Source: Actinomycetota bacterium (lineage in GTDB: Bacteria; Actinomycetota; UBA4738; CALAEC01). Taken from it: 64,000 nucleotides of DNA. The stretch is taken from the NCBI GenBank assembly GCA_050692555.1, contig JBOGVS010000010.1:5691-69690 (forward strand), written 5' to 3'. The notes beneath the pieces were generated by a model, which did no database searches, was not told the origin of the DNA, and worked only from the letters and a program-made list of their open reading frames with translations. The position numbers were made by a program, and so were the translations under genes. Below, piece by piece: positions 9,518 to 19,559 of this stretch (positions are counted from its first letter, which is position 1; each line of letters starts with the position of its first letter).

Positions 9518-10385
9518 AGTCCAGGTCCGCACCAACGAGCCTCCGCGGCTCAAGCTCCTCCCGCGTCTCCGGGAGCTGTGGCGGAGCCGGGAGATCCTGG
9601 CCAACCTGGCCAAGAAGGAGCGGAAGGCCAAGTACAAGTCGACGGCGCTCGGGGCGGCGTGGTCCATGCTCAACCCGCTGCTGTACCTGGTGGTCTTCTA
9701 CGTGGTGTTCACGGTGTTCCTGCCCAGCGGCATTCCGGTGTTCCCCGTGTACCTGCTCTCCGGGCTGCTGCCGTGGACCCTGTTCTCCACCGGCCTGGCC
9801 GGGGCCACCGTTTCTGTGACGGGGAACGCCCAGCTCGTCTCCAAGGTGGCCTTCGCCAAGGAGTACCTCCCGCTGGCGACGATCCGGGCGCAGACCGTGA
9901 ACTTCTTCTATCAGTTCGCCGTCCTGGTGGTGTTCGTCCTGGTGTTCGGGTACCCGCTGATCCACAAGGGCTTGGTCCTGCTTCCCCTGGCCTTCGTGGT
10001 GCTCCTGCTGTTCGTCTCGGCGGTCGGGATGGCCACCGCGGCGTGGAACGTCCGTTACCGGGACATGGGTTACCTGGTCGAGCTGCTCCTGCTGGCGTGG
10101 TTCTGGAGCACCCCGATCGTGTACCCGGCGGCCACCGTGCTCGACCGGCTGGGACCGACGGGCCAGTTCCTGTACCTGTTGAACCCGATGGCCAACATCG
10201 TGCTGGGCTTCCAGCGAGCGGTGTACGGCGGCGTGTCCGGCGAGGCCCTGAGGGAGCTGCCCAGGCTGGGCGTCACGTGGTACGGCGCCCGGCTATTGGC
10301 GCTCGGCGCGGTGTCCCTGGTGATCCTGTACCTGAGCTGGCGATTGTTCTTCCGCAACGCCGGCGACTTCGCCGAGGAGCTCTGA
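9504..10385 (+). CDS. wzm: ABC-2 polysaccharide export permease (Wzm-like)
   Basis: KYKSTALGAAWSMLNPLL, multiple TM helices, YRD, PIVYP, LNPMA. Confidence 0.92.
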   Translation: MSAPEVQVRTNEPPRLKLLPRLRELWRSREILANLAKKERKAKYKSTALGAAWSMLNPLLYLVVFYVVFTVFLPSGIPVFPVYLLSGLLPWTLFSTGLAGATVSVTGNAQLVSKVAFAKEYLPLATIRAQTVNFFYQFAVLVVFVLVFGYPLIHKGLVLLPLAFVVLLLFVSAVGMATAAWNVRYRDMGYLVELLLLAWFWSTPIVYPAATVLDRLGPTGQFLYLLNPMANIVLGFQRAVYGGVSGEALRELPRLGVTWYGARLLALGAVSLVILYLSWRLFFRNAGDFAEEL

Positions 10386-10386
10386 C

Positions 10387-11559
10387 GTGGCGGAGTCCGC
10401 CATCTCCGTGAACGACGTCTCCAAGCGGTTCCGCCTTTATCACGAACGGCCAACCTCGCTGAAGGAGCGACTGCTCCGGTTCCGCAGGGTGAAGGCCGAG
10501 GACTTCTGGGCCCTTCGGGACGTCGGCCTCGAGGTCCCCCCGGGTCAGACCTGGGGGCTGGTGGGCGCCAACGGGTCCGGGAAGACCACGCTGCTGAAGA
10601 TCGTCGGCGGGATCCTCCGTCCCACGGAGGGGCAGGTGGTGACCCGGGGACGGATCGCCGCGCTGCTCGAGCTCGGTGCGGGGTTCCATCCCGAGCTCAC
10701 CGGGCGAGAGAACGTGTACCTCAACGCCTCGATCCTGGGGCTGTCGAAGCGGGAGACAGACCGCCACTTCGACGCCATCGTGGCGTTCGCCGAGCTCGAG
10801 GACTTCATCGACAACCAGGTCAAGCACTACTCCTCGGGGATGTTCGTGCGTCTGGGGTTCGCGGTGGCGGTGCACGTCGACCCGGGCATCCTGCTCATCG
10901 ACGAGGTCCTGGCGGTGGGGGACGAGGCCTTCCAGCGGAAGTGCCTGGACCGGGTGGGCGAGCTCCAGCGCCAGGGCCGGACGATCGTGTTCGTCACCCA
11001 CGCCATGCAGCTCGTCCACCAGATCTGCGACCGGGCCGTGCTCCTGGACGGGGGACGGGTGCGCAAATCCGGGGATGTGGACGGGGTGATCAAGGAGTTC
11101 CGGGCGGTGATGATGCGGGGCCAGGGGCTGGAGGTCGAGGGGGCCACCAAGGAGGTGGAGATCACCGGCGTGGAGCTGCTGGACGCCAAGGGGCGGCCCA
11201 GCGCTATGGTGGCGCCGGGCGAGTCGCTGGCGGTGCAGGTGGAGCTCCGGGCCAACCGGCCCGTGGACGCTCCCGTCGTGGTGTTCGGCGTTCACAACGC
11301 CCGGGACGAGTGGGTGTACACCACCGACACCGACCGGCTCGACGTGGATCTCGGCCGGGTGGACGGCAAGGTCCGGGTGACGTTCGAGCTCCGGGCCATC
11401 CCGCTGATGGAGGGGCAGTACTTCGCCACGGTGGGGGTCCGGGACCGGGAGGAGACCGTGACCTACGACTGGCACAGCCAGCGGTACCCCTTCGACATCG
11501 TTCGGTACGTCAAGGGCGGCCTGGCCATCCCCGTGGAGGTCCGGGTGGAGCGACTCTGA
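10387..11559 (+). CDS. wzt: ABC polysaccharide export ATPase with C-terminal carbohydrate-binding domain (Wzt-like)
   Basis: GANGSGKTT, YSSGMFVRLGF, LIDEVLAVGD; C-terminal beta-sandwich extension. Confidence 0.93.
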   Translation: MAESAISVNDVSKRFRLYHERPTSLKERLLRFRRVKAEDFWALRDVGLEVPPGQTWGLVGANGSGKTTLLKIVGGILRPTEGQVVTRGRIAALLELGAGFHPELTGRENVYLNASILGLSKRETDRHFDAIVAFAELEDFIDNQVKHYSSGMFVRLGFAVAVHVDPGILLIDEVLAVGDEAFQRKCLDRVGELQRQGRTIVFVTHAMQLVHQICDRAVLLDGGRVRKSGDVDGVIKEFRAVMMRGQGLEVEGATKEVEITGVELLDAKGRPSAMVAPGESLAVQVELRANRPVDAPVVVFGVHNARDEWVYTTDTDRLDVDLGRVDGKVRVTFELRAIPLMEGQYFATVGVRDREETVTYDWHSQRYPFDIVRYVKGGLAIPVEVRVERL

Positions 11560-11560
11560 C

Positions 11561-12562
11561 ATGCGGATCGTGGTGGTCTCCTCGTTTCCTCCTCGGCACT
11601 GTGGGATCGGGGCGTACGCCGCCGCGCAGGTCGCCCGGCTACGGGAGGAGGGGCACGAGGTCACGGTGATCTCACCGCCCGACGGCGACGGCGACCTCCG
11701 GGTCCCGTTCTCCGGGGGCCGTCCGTTCAGGCTGGCGTCCCGGGTGGGGCGCGGCGCGGATCGCATCGTGGTCCACTTCCAGCCGGCCCTGTACTACCGG
11801 CCCCGGGCCCCGGTCTCGAAGGTGGCCACGTCGATGGCCCTGCTGGAGCTGTGCCGGCGGCGCCCCCAGACCGAGATCGTGGTGCACGAGGCGGATACCC
11901 CGAAACGGTGGCGGCCGGATTACGTCCTGCTGGGCGCGGCGTTCCGAGCCGCTCCGGTGCTCCTGTTCCACACCGAGCGGGAGCGCCGGGAGCTCGAGCG
12001 GGCCTACGGCATCGAGGTGCGGTCCCGGCTGATCCCCCATGGCGACGGGATCAGGCTGCACGGTGCCTGGACCCGGGAGACGGCCCGGGACCGGCTGGGT
12101 GTGCAAGCAGACGAGGTCCTGTTCGTGGCTCCGGGGTTCATCCACCCCGACAAGGGGCTCGACCGTGCGGTGGAGGCGGTTGCCCTGGCGGGGACCGGCC
12201 GGCTGGTGATCATCGGCTCGGTGAAGGATCCCTCGCGGAGGAACCTGGCCTACGCCGAGGGCCTCCGAGAGCTGGCGGGCCGGGTGCCGAACGTCGACAT
12301 GGTGGAGCGGTACGTGGGCGACGACGAGTTCGACGCCTGGCTGGCCGCGGCCGACGCGGTGGTGCTGCCCTACCGCCGCTCCTGGTCATCCGGCGCGCTG
12401 GCCCGGGCCCAGCGGTTGGGGACTCCGGCCGTGGTGACGGCGGTGGGAGGTCTTGGTGAGCAGGCGTCCGAGCGAGACGTGGTCGTCCACGGCGACGACG
12501 AGCTGGCCGCCGCCCTGGCGGAGATCGCCGCTCGCCGCCACGATGCCAGGGCGGCACGATGA
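11561..12562 (+). CDS. Glycosyltransferase family 4-like
   Basis: PPRHCGIGAY, GFIHPDKG, VVLPY and GGLGE motifs. Confidence 0.85.
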   Translation: MRIVVVSSFPPRHCGIGAYAAAQVARLREEGHEVTVISPPDGDGDLRVPFSGGRPFRLASRVGRGADRIVVHFQPALYYRPRAPVSKVATSMALLELCRRRPQTEIVVHEADTPKRWRPDYVLLGAAFRAAPVLLFHTERERRELERAYGIEVRSRLIPHGDGIRLHGAWTRETARDRLGVQADEVLFVAPGFIHPDKGLDRAVEAVALAGTGRLVIIGSVKDPSRRNLAYAEGLRELAGRVPNVDMVERYVGDDEFDAWLAAADAVVLPYRRSWSSGALARAQRLGTPAVVTAVGGLGEQASERDVVVHGDDELAAALAEIAARRHDARAAR

Positions 12563-13044
12563 AGCTGTTCAAGCGAACCAAGGACCCGCATCACCACGAG
12601 CGGGCCCTGGACATCGACTACGAGCCTCCGCTCGAGCCGGGGGAGAAGAAGAGGAGGAAGCCGTTGCTGATCCTGTTCATCTTGCTGTCGGTCCTCCTGG
12701 CGGCGCTGGCTCAGCTGACGCTGAAGTACGGCGTCGATCGGGTCACCAGTCACGGTCACTCCGGCATCGTCTTCAGCCAGCCGGTGACCTCCGTTCTCCG
12801 AGTGGCCAGGGAGCCGTTCATCTGGGCGGGGCTGGCCCTGTTCGCGATCTCGGCCGCGGTGTGGATCGTGGTGCTCTCGCGGGCCTCCCTGTCTTTCGCG
12901 TATCCCTTCGCCGCGTTGACCTACGTGATCATCCTGCTGTTCGACCGGTTGTTCCTGCACGTCCAGGTTCCGGGGCTGCGGTGGGCGGGGGTGTTGTTCA
13001 TCGTCACCGGCATCGTCCTGATCTCCAGGACGCAACACACGTAG
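12559..13044 (+). CDS. Small 4-TM EamA/SMR-type membrane protein (ArnE/F-like flippase candidate)
   Basis: AQLTLKYG, LSRASLSFAYPF and LRWAGVLFIVTGIVLI resemble ArnE/F-like proteins; located in a glycan locus. Confidence 0.75.
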   Translation: MKLFKRTKDPHHHERALDIDYEPPLEPGEKKRRKPLLILFILLSVLLAALAQLTLKYGVDRVTSHGHSGIVFSQPVTSVLRVAREPFIWAGLALFAISAAVWIVVLSRASLSFAYPFAALTYVIILLFDRLFLHVQVPGLRWAGVLFIVTGIVLISRTQHT

Positions 13045-13054
13045 GCTCGTCCCG

Positions 13055-13921
13055 ATGGTGGATCCCGATCTCGCCGTGGTGGTGGTGAACCACAACGCGG
13101 GCCCGTACCTCCGGCGGTGCATGGAGTCCGTACACACCGCGGCGGGGGACGTGGCCCTCGACGTCCTGGTGGTGGACAACGCCTCGAAGGACGGGAGCGT
13201 GGAGCGGGCGATGGACCCCCGGTACCCGGACGTCCGGGTCATCCGCAACCACCATAACCGCGGGTTCGCCGCGGCCGCCAACCAGGGGATGGCGGAAACC
13301 GCCGCCCCCTTCGTGCTGTTGCTCAACCCCGACGCCCAGGTGGTGGGGGGCACCCTTGCGGCCCTGGTCAAGACGGCCATGGATCGCCCCCGGGCCGGGG
13401 TCGTCGGGGCGCTGGTCCGGAACCCGGATGGGTCCATCCAGCCGTCGGCCCGCAGGGTGCCGCGGCTCGGCGAGGGCCTGGGACACGCGTTCCTCGGCCC
13501 CCTGATGCCGGGGAACCGCTACACCCGGTCGTACACCATGGCGGGGTGGGACCGGTCCTCCGAGCGGGAGGTCGAATGGGTCTCGGGCTCCGCGATGCTC
13601 CTTCGGCGGTCGGCCTTCGAAGAGGCGGGAGGGTTCGACGAGGGGTTCTTCATGTACGTCGAGGACGTGGACCTGTGCACCCGATTGCGGGCCGCCCGGT
13701 GGCAGGTTCTGTTCTCCCCGGAGCTCGAGGTGATCCATCAGATCGGCGTGTCCACCAAGGGGCAGACCGGCCGGATGGCCTTCGAGCACTCCCGGAGCAT
13801 CTACCGCTACTTCTCCAAGCACCTGGCCCACGGGCCCCGGGCCCTCCTCAAGCCCCTCGTCCGCCTGGCGCTGTGGAAGCGGGCCGTGCTGATGGTCCTG
13901 GTGGCTCGGAGGCGCAGGTGA
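13055..13921 (+). CDS. Glycosyltransferase family 2 (WbbL/rhamnosyltransferase-like)
   Basis: VVDNAS, NRGFAAAANQG, LLNPDA, WVSGS, FDEGFFMYVEDVDLC. Confidence 0.92.
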   Translation: MVDPDLAVVVVNHNAGPYLRRCMESVHTAAGDVALDVLVVDNASKDGSVERAMDPRYPDVRVIRNHHNRGFAAAANQGMAETAAPFVLLLNPDAQVVGGTLAALVKTAMDRPRAGVVGALVRNPDGSIQPSARRVPRLGEGLGHAFLGPLMPGNRYTRSYTMAGWDRSSEREVEWVSGSAMLLRRSAFEEAGGFDEGFFMYVEDVDLCTRLRAARWQVLFSPELEVIHQIGVSTKGQTGRMAFEHSRSIYRYFSKHLAHGPRALLKPLVRLALWKRAVLMVLVARRRR

Positions 13922-14943
13922 AGGCCGTCGTGCTGGTGGGCGGCGAGGGGACCCGGCTCCGGCCGCTCACCGAGACCATCCCCAAGCCCCTGGTCCACTT
14001 CATGAACCGGCCGTTCATCGATCACGTCCTGGACCACCTGGGCGGCCACGGCGTGGAAGAGGTGATCCTGTCGTCGTCGTACCTGGAAGAGGAGTTTCAT
14101 TCCTATCTCCATGAGCGCCGTGGGCCTCCGTCGGTGACCTGGATCACCGAGCCCCAGCCACTGGGGACCAGCGGAGCGATCGTGGGGGCCCGAGACCACC
14201 TCGACGACACCTTCCTGGTCCTGAACGGCGATGTGCTCACGGATCTGGACCTCGAAGCCCTGGTGGCCTTCCATCGGGACCGTGGCGCCATCGCCACGAT
14301 CGCCCTCACCCCGGTCGACGACGCTCGGCCGTACGGCCTGGTGGAGACGGAGCCGGACGGCCGGGTCCTGGCGTTCCGGGAGAAGCCCTCCCAACTGGTG
14401 CCCGGCACCATCAACGCGGGAACGTACGTGCTCGAGCCTCGGGCCCTGGAGAAGGTTCCCGCACGGGAGGAGGTGTCCATCGAGCGACAGACGTTCCCGT
14501 CGCTCATCGAGGGGGGCGAGCCGGTGTACGCGCTCGTCTCTCACGCGTACTGGCGTGACCTGGGGACCCCCGAGGCGTACATCCAGGCCCACATCGACGC
14601 CATGGAAGGCTTGGTCGCTCCGTACCGGGGGAGCGCCGGTCCCTTGGTGGACGAACGCGCCGTGGTGCACCCCGAGGCCGTCCTGGGGCCTCACGTGGTG
14701 GTGGGTGAGGGTACTCGGGTGGGGCCCGGTGCATCCATCGACCGCTCCGTGCTCCAACGCGACGTCGTGGTCGAAGAGGGCGCCACGGTGGAGGGCAGCA
14801 TCCTGGGGCCGGCCAGCCGGGTGGGTGCCGGAGCCAGGGTCAGGAACGCCGTGCTGGCTGAAGGGGCCCGGGTGGCCGGGGGGGCCGCGCTCGACGGCCT
14901 CGGTGTACGGCCCGGCCAGGTGGCCGCGGCTTCTGCCGGCTGA
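13918..14943 (+). CDS. NDP-sugar synthase (mannose-1-phosphate guanylyltransferase-like)
   Basis: GTG overlapping upstream stop; LVGGEGTRLRPLT, PLGTSGA, NGDVLTD, INAGTY, YWRDLGTP; hexapeptide tail. Confidence 0.9.
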   Translation: MKAVVLVGGEGTRLRPLTETIPKPLVHFMNRPFIDHVLDHLGGHGVEEVILSSSYLEEEFHSYLHERRGPPSVTWITEPQPLGTSGAIVGARDHLDDTFLVLNGDVLTDLDLEALVAFHRDRGAIATIALTPVDDARPYGLVETEPDGRVLAFREKPSQLVPGTINAGTYVLEPRALEKVPAREEVSIERQTFPSLIEGGEPVYALVSHAYWRDLGTPEAYIQAHIDAMEGLVAPYRGSAGPLVDERAVVHPEAVLGPHVVVGEGTRVGPGASIDRSVLQRDVVVEEGATVEGSILGPASRVGAGARVRNAVLAEGARVAGGAALDGLGVRPGQVAAASAG

Positions 14944-14989
14944 ACCGTCCCTCCGTGGTGTAGCGTGGGAGCCCCCCTGACCTGGCGAT

Positions 14990-16494
14990 ATGCGAAGAGG
15001 TGTCGTCCTGTTCCTTGTGCTGGTGGTGGCCTCGTCGGCGAGCGTCGCCCCGGCTCAGGCCCCCGCTCGGTTCACCTTCCGCGGCTCGGGGTACGGCCAC
15101 GGGCTTGGGCTCAGCCAGTACGGCGTTCTGGGCCTGGCCAGACAGGGCTGGCCTGCGGCCAAGATCCTCCGTCACTTCTACACGGGTGTGAAGGTGGGCC
15201 GTCAAGCGCCCCCCGACCCGATGATCCGGGTGGGCCTGCTCCAGAATGCTCGGGCCGTGCCCCTCGAGGCGGTGTCCGGAGGGTTCGACCTCCTTCTTCA
15301 GAGCGGACAGATAGTGGAGTCGGTTCCGGCGGGGGCCCGGCGGACCGTGGAGATCACCGCCGACGAGCGCTTCCGGGTGGTGCGCCCCGACGGGACGGTG
15401 GTGGGCGACACCGCGTGGGGTGGGAGAGCGGATCCCCTGATCGCCAGGCCCGCCAACGGGCGGATCGGGGTGCTGGACTGGGGGCACGTGATCGGCCGCG
15501 GCGAGGTGTGGTTCGAGATCGTTGCCCAGGGCGCCGCCCACGTGGTGGCGCTGGTGCCGGTGGAGGAGTACCTGTTCGGCGTCTCGGAGGTCCCGTCCTC
15601 GTGGCCGGACACGGCGTTGCGGGTCCAGGCCATCGCCGGCCGGACGTACGCGTACTGGCGATGGCCGGGACGCCGCGGGCCGGGTGTGCATGCGACGTGT
15701 TCTCCTCGACGGGAGACCAGACCTACGTCGGGTGGGACAAGGAGGCCGGGTCCGGAGGCAACCGATGGGTGGCGGCGGTCCGGTCCACCGACCGCACCGT
15801 GGTGACCTACGGGGGCAATCCCATCTACGCCGCCTACTCCTCGTCCAGTGGCGGCTACACGGAGAACGTCGAGGCGGCGTGGCCGGGGGCCCAGGCGCTG
15901 GCGTACCTGCGGGGGGTCTGCGATCCCGGCGACAACGTGCAGGACAATCCCAACCGCACCTGGGCCACGACGCTCGACGCCACCGAGGTGACCTCCGGCC
16001 TGCGCCCCTACACCGGTGACGTCGGTACCGTGAGGAAGTTCACCGAGGAGGTCTACGGCGTCTCGGGACGCGTGTCCACGGTCCGGGTGGTGGGTACGGC
16101 CGGAAGCGCGGTGGTGGCCGGAGCGGACCTCCGCATCGGGCTGGGGTTGAAGAGCACCCGCTTCGCCGTCAACCGGGACCTCACGATCACCGGGGACATC
16201 CGGCTGGCGTACGACCGGCTGGGGTGCCGCCCGGGCCGGGCCGTTCGTCCGGATCGAGCCGTGCGGGGGGGCCGGGTCCAGCGGTTCGCGGAAGGCCGGA
16301 TGTATGTCAACGACCACCGGAACACCTTGGTGTGGCTTCGCGGGCGGATCCTGAGGGCCTATGTCCAGCGCGGCGCGCACACCGGCCGGTTGCGGCTCCC
16401 GATGCGCTACCGGCTCGTGAAGCGAGGAGCGAAGGCCCGGTTCGAAGGCGGGACGATCACCTGCGCCCCCGTCTGCCGGGTGCGGCTCACGTAG
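14990..16494 (+). pseudogene. SpoIID/LytB-domain secreted peptidoglycan hydrolase split by a 1-nt frameshift near 15660
   Basis: Frame from 14990 gives a signal peptide, [14 protein letters not shown] and [28 protein letters not shown]; homology continues in another frame from about 15661 ([23 protein letters not shown]) to the stop at 16494. Confidence 0.85.
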
Positions 16495-16497
16495 AGA

Positions 16498-17259
16498 TCA
16501 GGGCGCCGACGCCTCCGGAGCCAGCCCCCCGCCCCGGAACTCGTTGACGAACGCCCTGGCCACAAGCTCGGCGTCGCCCGGATCCGCGTCCGCCGGTGGG
16601 TCGCACGTCTGTAGCTGTCGCCAGGCGACCAGGTCCAAGGTGTTTGCCAGACCGGCGTATGGGGCCATCAGGACCTTCGTCTCCCCCTCGGCCAGATCCT
16701 CGAGCTCGGAGCGGATCTCCTCGGAGAGAGCCCCATCCCCCTCTGCCCTGTAGTAGATGACCACGTAGCCGTGCTCGAGGTTGTGGACGGCGTTCTCCTC
16801 CGGGATCGGTTCGTCGTAGACGGCGGGCTCGGGCTCCAGGGGCGAGCTGTGAGCACCGCTCGTGGCCGGAACTCCGTTCAGACCCTCGGCGAAGGGCGGG
16901 GTATGACCCGCTCCCGCGTCGGGTTGCTCAGCCTCGGCCAGCGGCGTGCATCCGAGTCGAGAGGCCGCCGTCGCCGCTCGCTCGGTGAGGCGGGCGTCCT
17001 GGACCACCCGGTAGGTGATGACCCCCCCGATGCCGCCGATGATGGCCACGGCGATGCCCCACCGGGCCGCCCGACGGAAGCGCACCTGACGGCGGGCCTG
17101 GCGGATCCGGCGCTCCCGTTCCTTCCGGGCCTCCTCCTTGCGCAGGGCGCGCTGGGACGTCGCTCGCTCGGCTGCGGGGCGCTCCTGGATCTGGGTCTGG
17201 GTTGCCGCCGCGCCCGCGGGCCGTCTGGCTGGCTTCCTGCGTCGTTTCTTCTTGGCCAT
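16498..17259 (-). CDS. DUF3105-like membrane-anchored protein
   Basis: Basic N-terminus, one TM, PATSGAH and AVHNLEHGYVVIYY motifs. Confidence 0.8.
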   Translation of the reverse strand: MAKKKRRRKPARRPAGAAATQTQIQERPAAERATSQRALRKEEARKERERRIRQARRQVRFRRAARWGIAVAIIGGIGGVITYRVVQDARLTERAATAASRLGCTPLAEAEQPDAGAGHTPPFAEGLNGVPATSGAHSSPLEPEPAVYDEPIPEENAVHNLEHGYVVIYYRAEGDGALSEEIRSELEDLAEGETKVLMAPYAGLANTLDLVAWRQLQTCDPPADADPGDAELVARAFVNEFRGGGLAPEASAP

Positions 17260-17284
17260 GGAGCGGAGACTCCACTATACGGGG

Positions 17285-18583
17285 TCACCTGAAGCTCAGG
17301 TGATCGCCGGGGTCGAGCGGGGGCCGTGGCGAGGGCTCGTTCGACGGCAGAGGTCCGGCGGCCACGGCGCCCATTGCCAGCCACTCCGCGCCCATGCCGA
17401 CGGCTTCAGCGGCCTCCTCCTTGCAGAACAGGCTGGAGGACACCCACGCCGAGCCGAACCCCTGCGCGTGGAGCGCCAGCATGAAGTTCTGTACGGCGGC
17501 CCCCGTGGCCAGGAGGAACATGTCGCGTTCCGCCTCCCGGCGACGCTCATCGGGGTAGTGGTCCGCGGCTTCGAGGGAGAGGAACGGCACAGCGAGGACC
17601 GGTGCGGCCCCCAGGAGCGCGTCGGACCGGCGGAGGCGGCGGGCCACGCGATCCTTCGAGAGCCCATCGCCCCGGAGGTCGCGCTCCCAGGCCGCCGCCA
17701 TCGCGGACAGGAACGCCCCGCGGCCCGTGCCGCGGTCAAGGATCACCCAGCGCCAGGGACGGGTAGGGGACCGGGAGCCGTGCGGCACCGGCGCCGTGAG
17801 CGCGGCGGCGACGGCCTCCATCACCGCTTCCCTGGGTACCGCTCCCTCACCGAACTCCCTGATCGTTCTTCTGGTGGAGATCGACAGGAGCGGGGAGGTC
17901 CGGAACAGGTCCTCCTCGGGTGGACGGACCAGATCGCGGGCCGGACCCTCGGGGCCGAGTGGGGCGAGCCCTCGGACCAGGGCGGCGGGCACCTCCTCGG
18001 CCTTTCCCATCACCAGGCCCGACGCGGCGGCCACCTCGTCGGCCGCGGCGATGACCGTAGCTTCCAGGAGCCGGCCGTGGGCGTCCTTCGTCCCCCTGAG
18101 ATCGACCAGCGGAGCCAGTCCGGCGCACCCGATGGCCACGTTCACCTGGCCCCGCCGCCACGGCCGTCCGAACGTGTCGGTGATCACCACGCCCGTCTCG
18201 GCCGCGGCCCGGTCCCGGAGGCCATCGCGGATGCGGGCCGCCGATCCGTCGGGGTCCTCCGGGAGAAGAGAGACCGTCGATCCGGGGACGTTGGAGGCGT
18301 CGACGCCGGCGTTGGCGCACACAAAGCCGTGTCGGGTCTCCGCGATCACCAGGTCCCCGCGACGGGCCACCACCCGCCGAGCCTCCCGGGAGACCCAGGC
18401 GGCCTTGCCCTCGCCTTCGGGGACCACCCGTTCCTCCGCCTTCGAAACCACCTTCTGGGTGACCGCGACCACGTCGCCGTCACGGATCGTCCCGGGCCCC
18501 GCGGCCTCCGCGATGAGCTCCGCCAGATCAGCCCCGGCCTCGACTTCGGGGATGCCGCTGACCGGGACGACCTCGACGGTCAT
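17285..18583 (-). CDS. fbiB: Coenzyme F420-0:L-glutamate ligase with C-terminal nitroreductase domain
   Basis: GDVVAVTQKVVSKAE, NAGVDASN, DTFGRPWRRGQVNVAIG; C-terminal RRTIREF and ATGAAVQNFMLALHAQGFGSAW. Confidence 0.93.
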   Translation of the reverse strand: MTVEVVPVSGIPEVEAGADLAELIAEAAGPGTIRDGDVVAVTQKVVSKAEERVVPEGEGKAAWVSREARRVVARRGDLVIAETRHGFVCANAGVDASNVPGSTVSLLPEDPDGSAARIRDGLRDRAAAETGVVITDTFGRPWRRGQVNVAIGCAGLAPLVDLRGTKDAHGRLLEATVIAAADEVAAASGLVMGKAEEVPAALVRGLAPLGPEGPARDLVRPPEEDLFRTSPLLSISTRRTIREFGEGAVPREAVMEAVAAALTAPVPHGSRSPTRPWRWVILDRGTGRGAFLSAMAAAWERDLRGDGLSKDRVARRLRRSDALLGAAPVLAVPFLSLEAADHYPDERRREAERDMFLLATGAAVQNFMLALHAQGFGSAWVSSSLFCKEEAAEAVGMGAEWLAMGAVAAGPLPSNEPSPRPPLDPGDHLSFR

Positions 18584-19527
18584 CCGGTGGCCAGGTCCAC
18601 CACGGCCCGGGCCACTCGCTCGGCTGCGGCGTCGTCGGCCATGATGGTGTCGGTGGCGGCCACTCGCATGCCGAGCTCTCGCTCGATGCGCGGCGCCAGC
18701 GCGGCGTCGCGGTGGTCGATCACGAAGCTCGAGAGCAGCCCGCGGTAGGCCGAGGCCGCGCCGAACGCCGAGACCTCCATCCCCACCGCCGGCATCAGGC
18801 GATCCGCCATGCCGGACACCGGAGCGCCTCCCACGATGGGGGAGACCCCACCTGCCGGACCGGATCGTTCCATGAGGGTCTCGGCGATCCCCGGCACCTC
18901 GAGGATGGGCCCGATGCTCACCACGGGGTTGGACGGGCAGAACAGCACGACGTCGGCGCGGCGGATGGCCTCCCGGACCCCGGGAGCAGGCCGGGCGGCG
19001 TCGATGCCCTCGAAGCGCACCTGCTTGACCCGGCCCCGTGCGCCGTGAGCCACCCAGTAGGTCTGGAACGGCGCCTCCACGCCGACCCCTTCCTCAGACT
19101 CCCAGTGGATCCACGTCTCCACACCGTCCTCCGTCATGGGGAGCACTCGGGTCCGGACGCCGAGGGCTTCACAGATCCGGGCGGTGACCTCGGTCAGCGT
19201 TCGCCCCTCCGCCAGCCACTGGGTGCGGACCAGATGCGTGGCCAGGTCCAGGTCGCCGAGACCGAACCAGGCCTGACCGCCGAGGCGGCGAACCTCCTCG
19301 AGCGCCCGGAAGGATTCGTCGGCCCGGCCCCAGCCGCGCCGGCGATCGGCCACCCCGGACAGCCAGTAGGTCACCGAGTCCAGGTCCGGGCAGATCCGGA
19401 GCCCGTGGAGGACGAGGTCGTCGCCGCCGTTCACCACCACGGTCACGTCTTCGGGGTCCACCACCCGCACCAGGCCGCGGAGGAACTTGCCCGCCCCCAC
19501 CCCGCCGGCCAGCGCCACGATCTTCAC
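18580..19527 (-). CDS. fbiA: 2-phospho-L-lactate/phosphoenolpyruvate transferase (CofD)
   Basis: LAGGVGAGKF, ICPDLDSV, FGLGDLDLATH, PSNPVVSIGPIL. Confidence 0.95.
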   Translation of the reverse strand: MKIVALAGGVGAGKFLRGLVRVVDPEDVTVVVNGGDDLVLHGLRICPDLDSVTYWLSGVADRRRGWGRADESFRALEEVRRLGGQAWFGLGDLDLATHLVRTQWLAEGRTLTEVTARICEALGVRTRVLPMTEDGVETWIHWESEEGVGVEAPFQTYWVAHGARGRVKQVRFEGIDAARPAPGVREAIRRADVVLFCPSNPVVSIGPILEVPGIAETLMERSGPAGGVSPIVGGAPVSGMADRLMPAVGMEVSAFGAASAYRGLLSSFVIDHRDAALAPRIERELGMRVAATDTIMADDAAAERVARAVVDLATG

Positions 19528-19559
19528 GGCCGCAAGCCTACCCGCGGTGCTAGGCTGCG

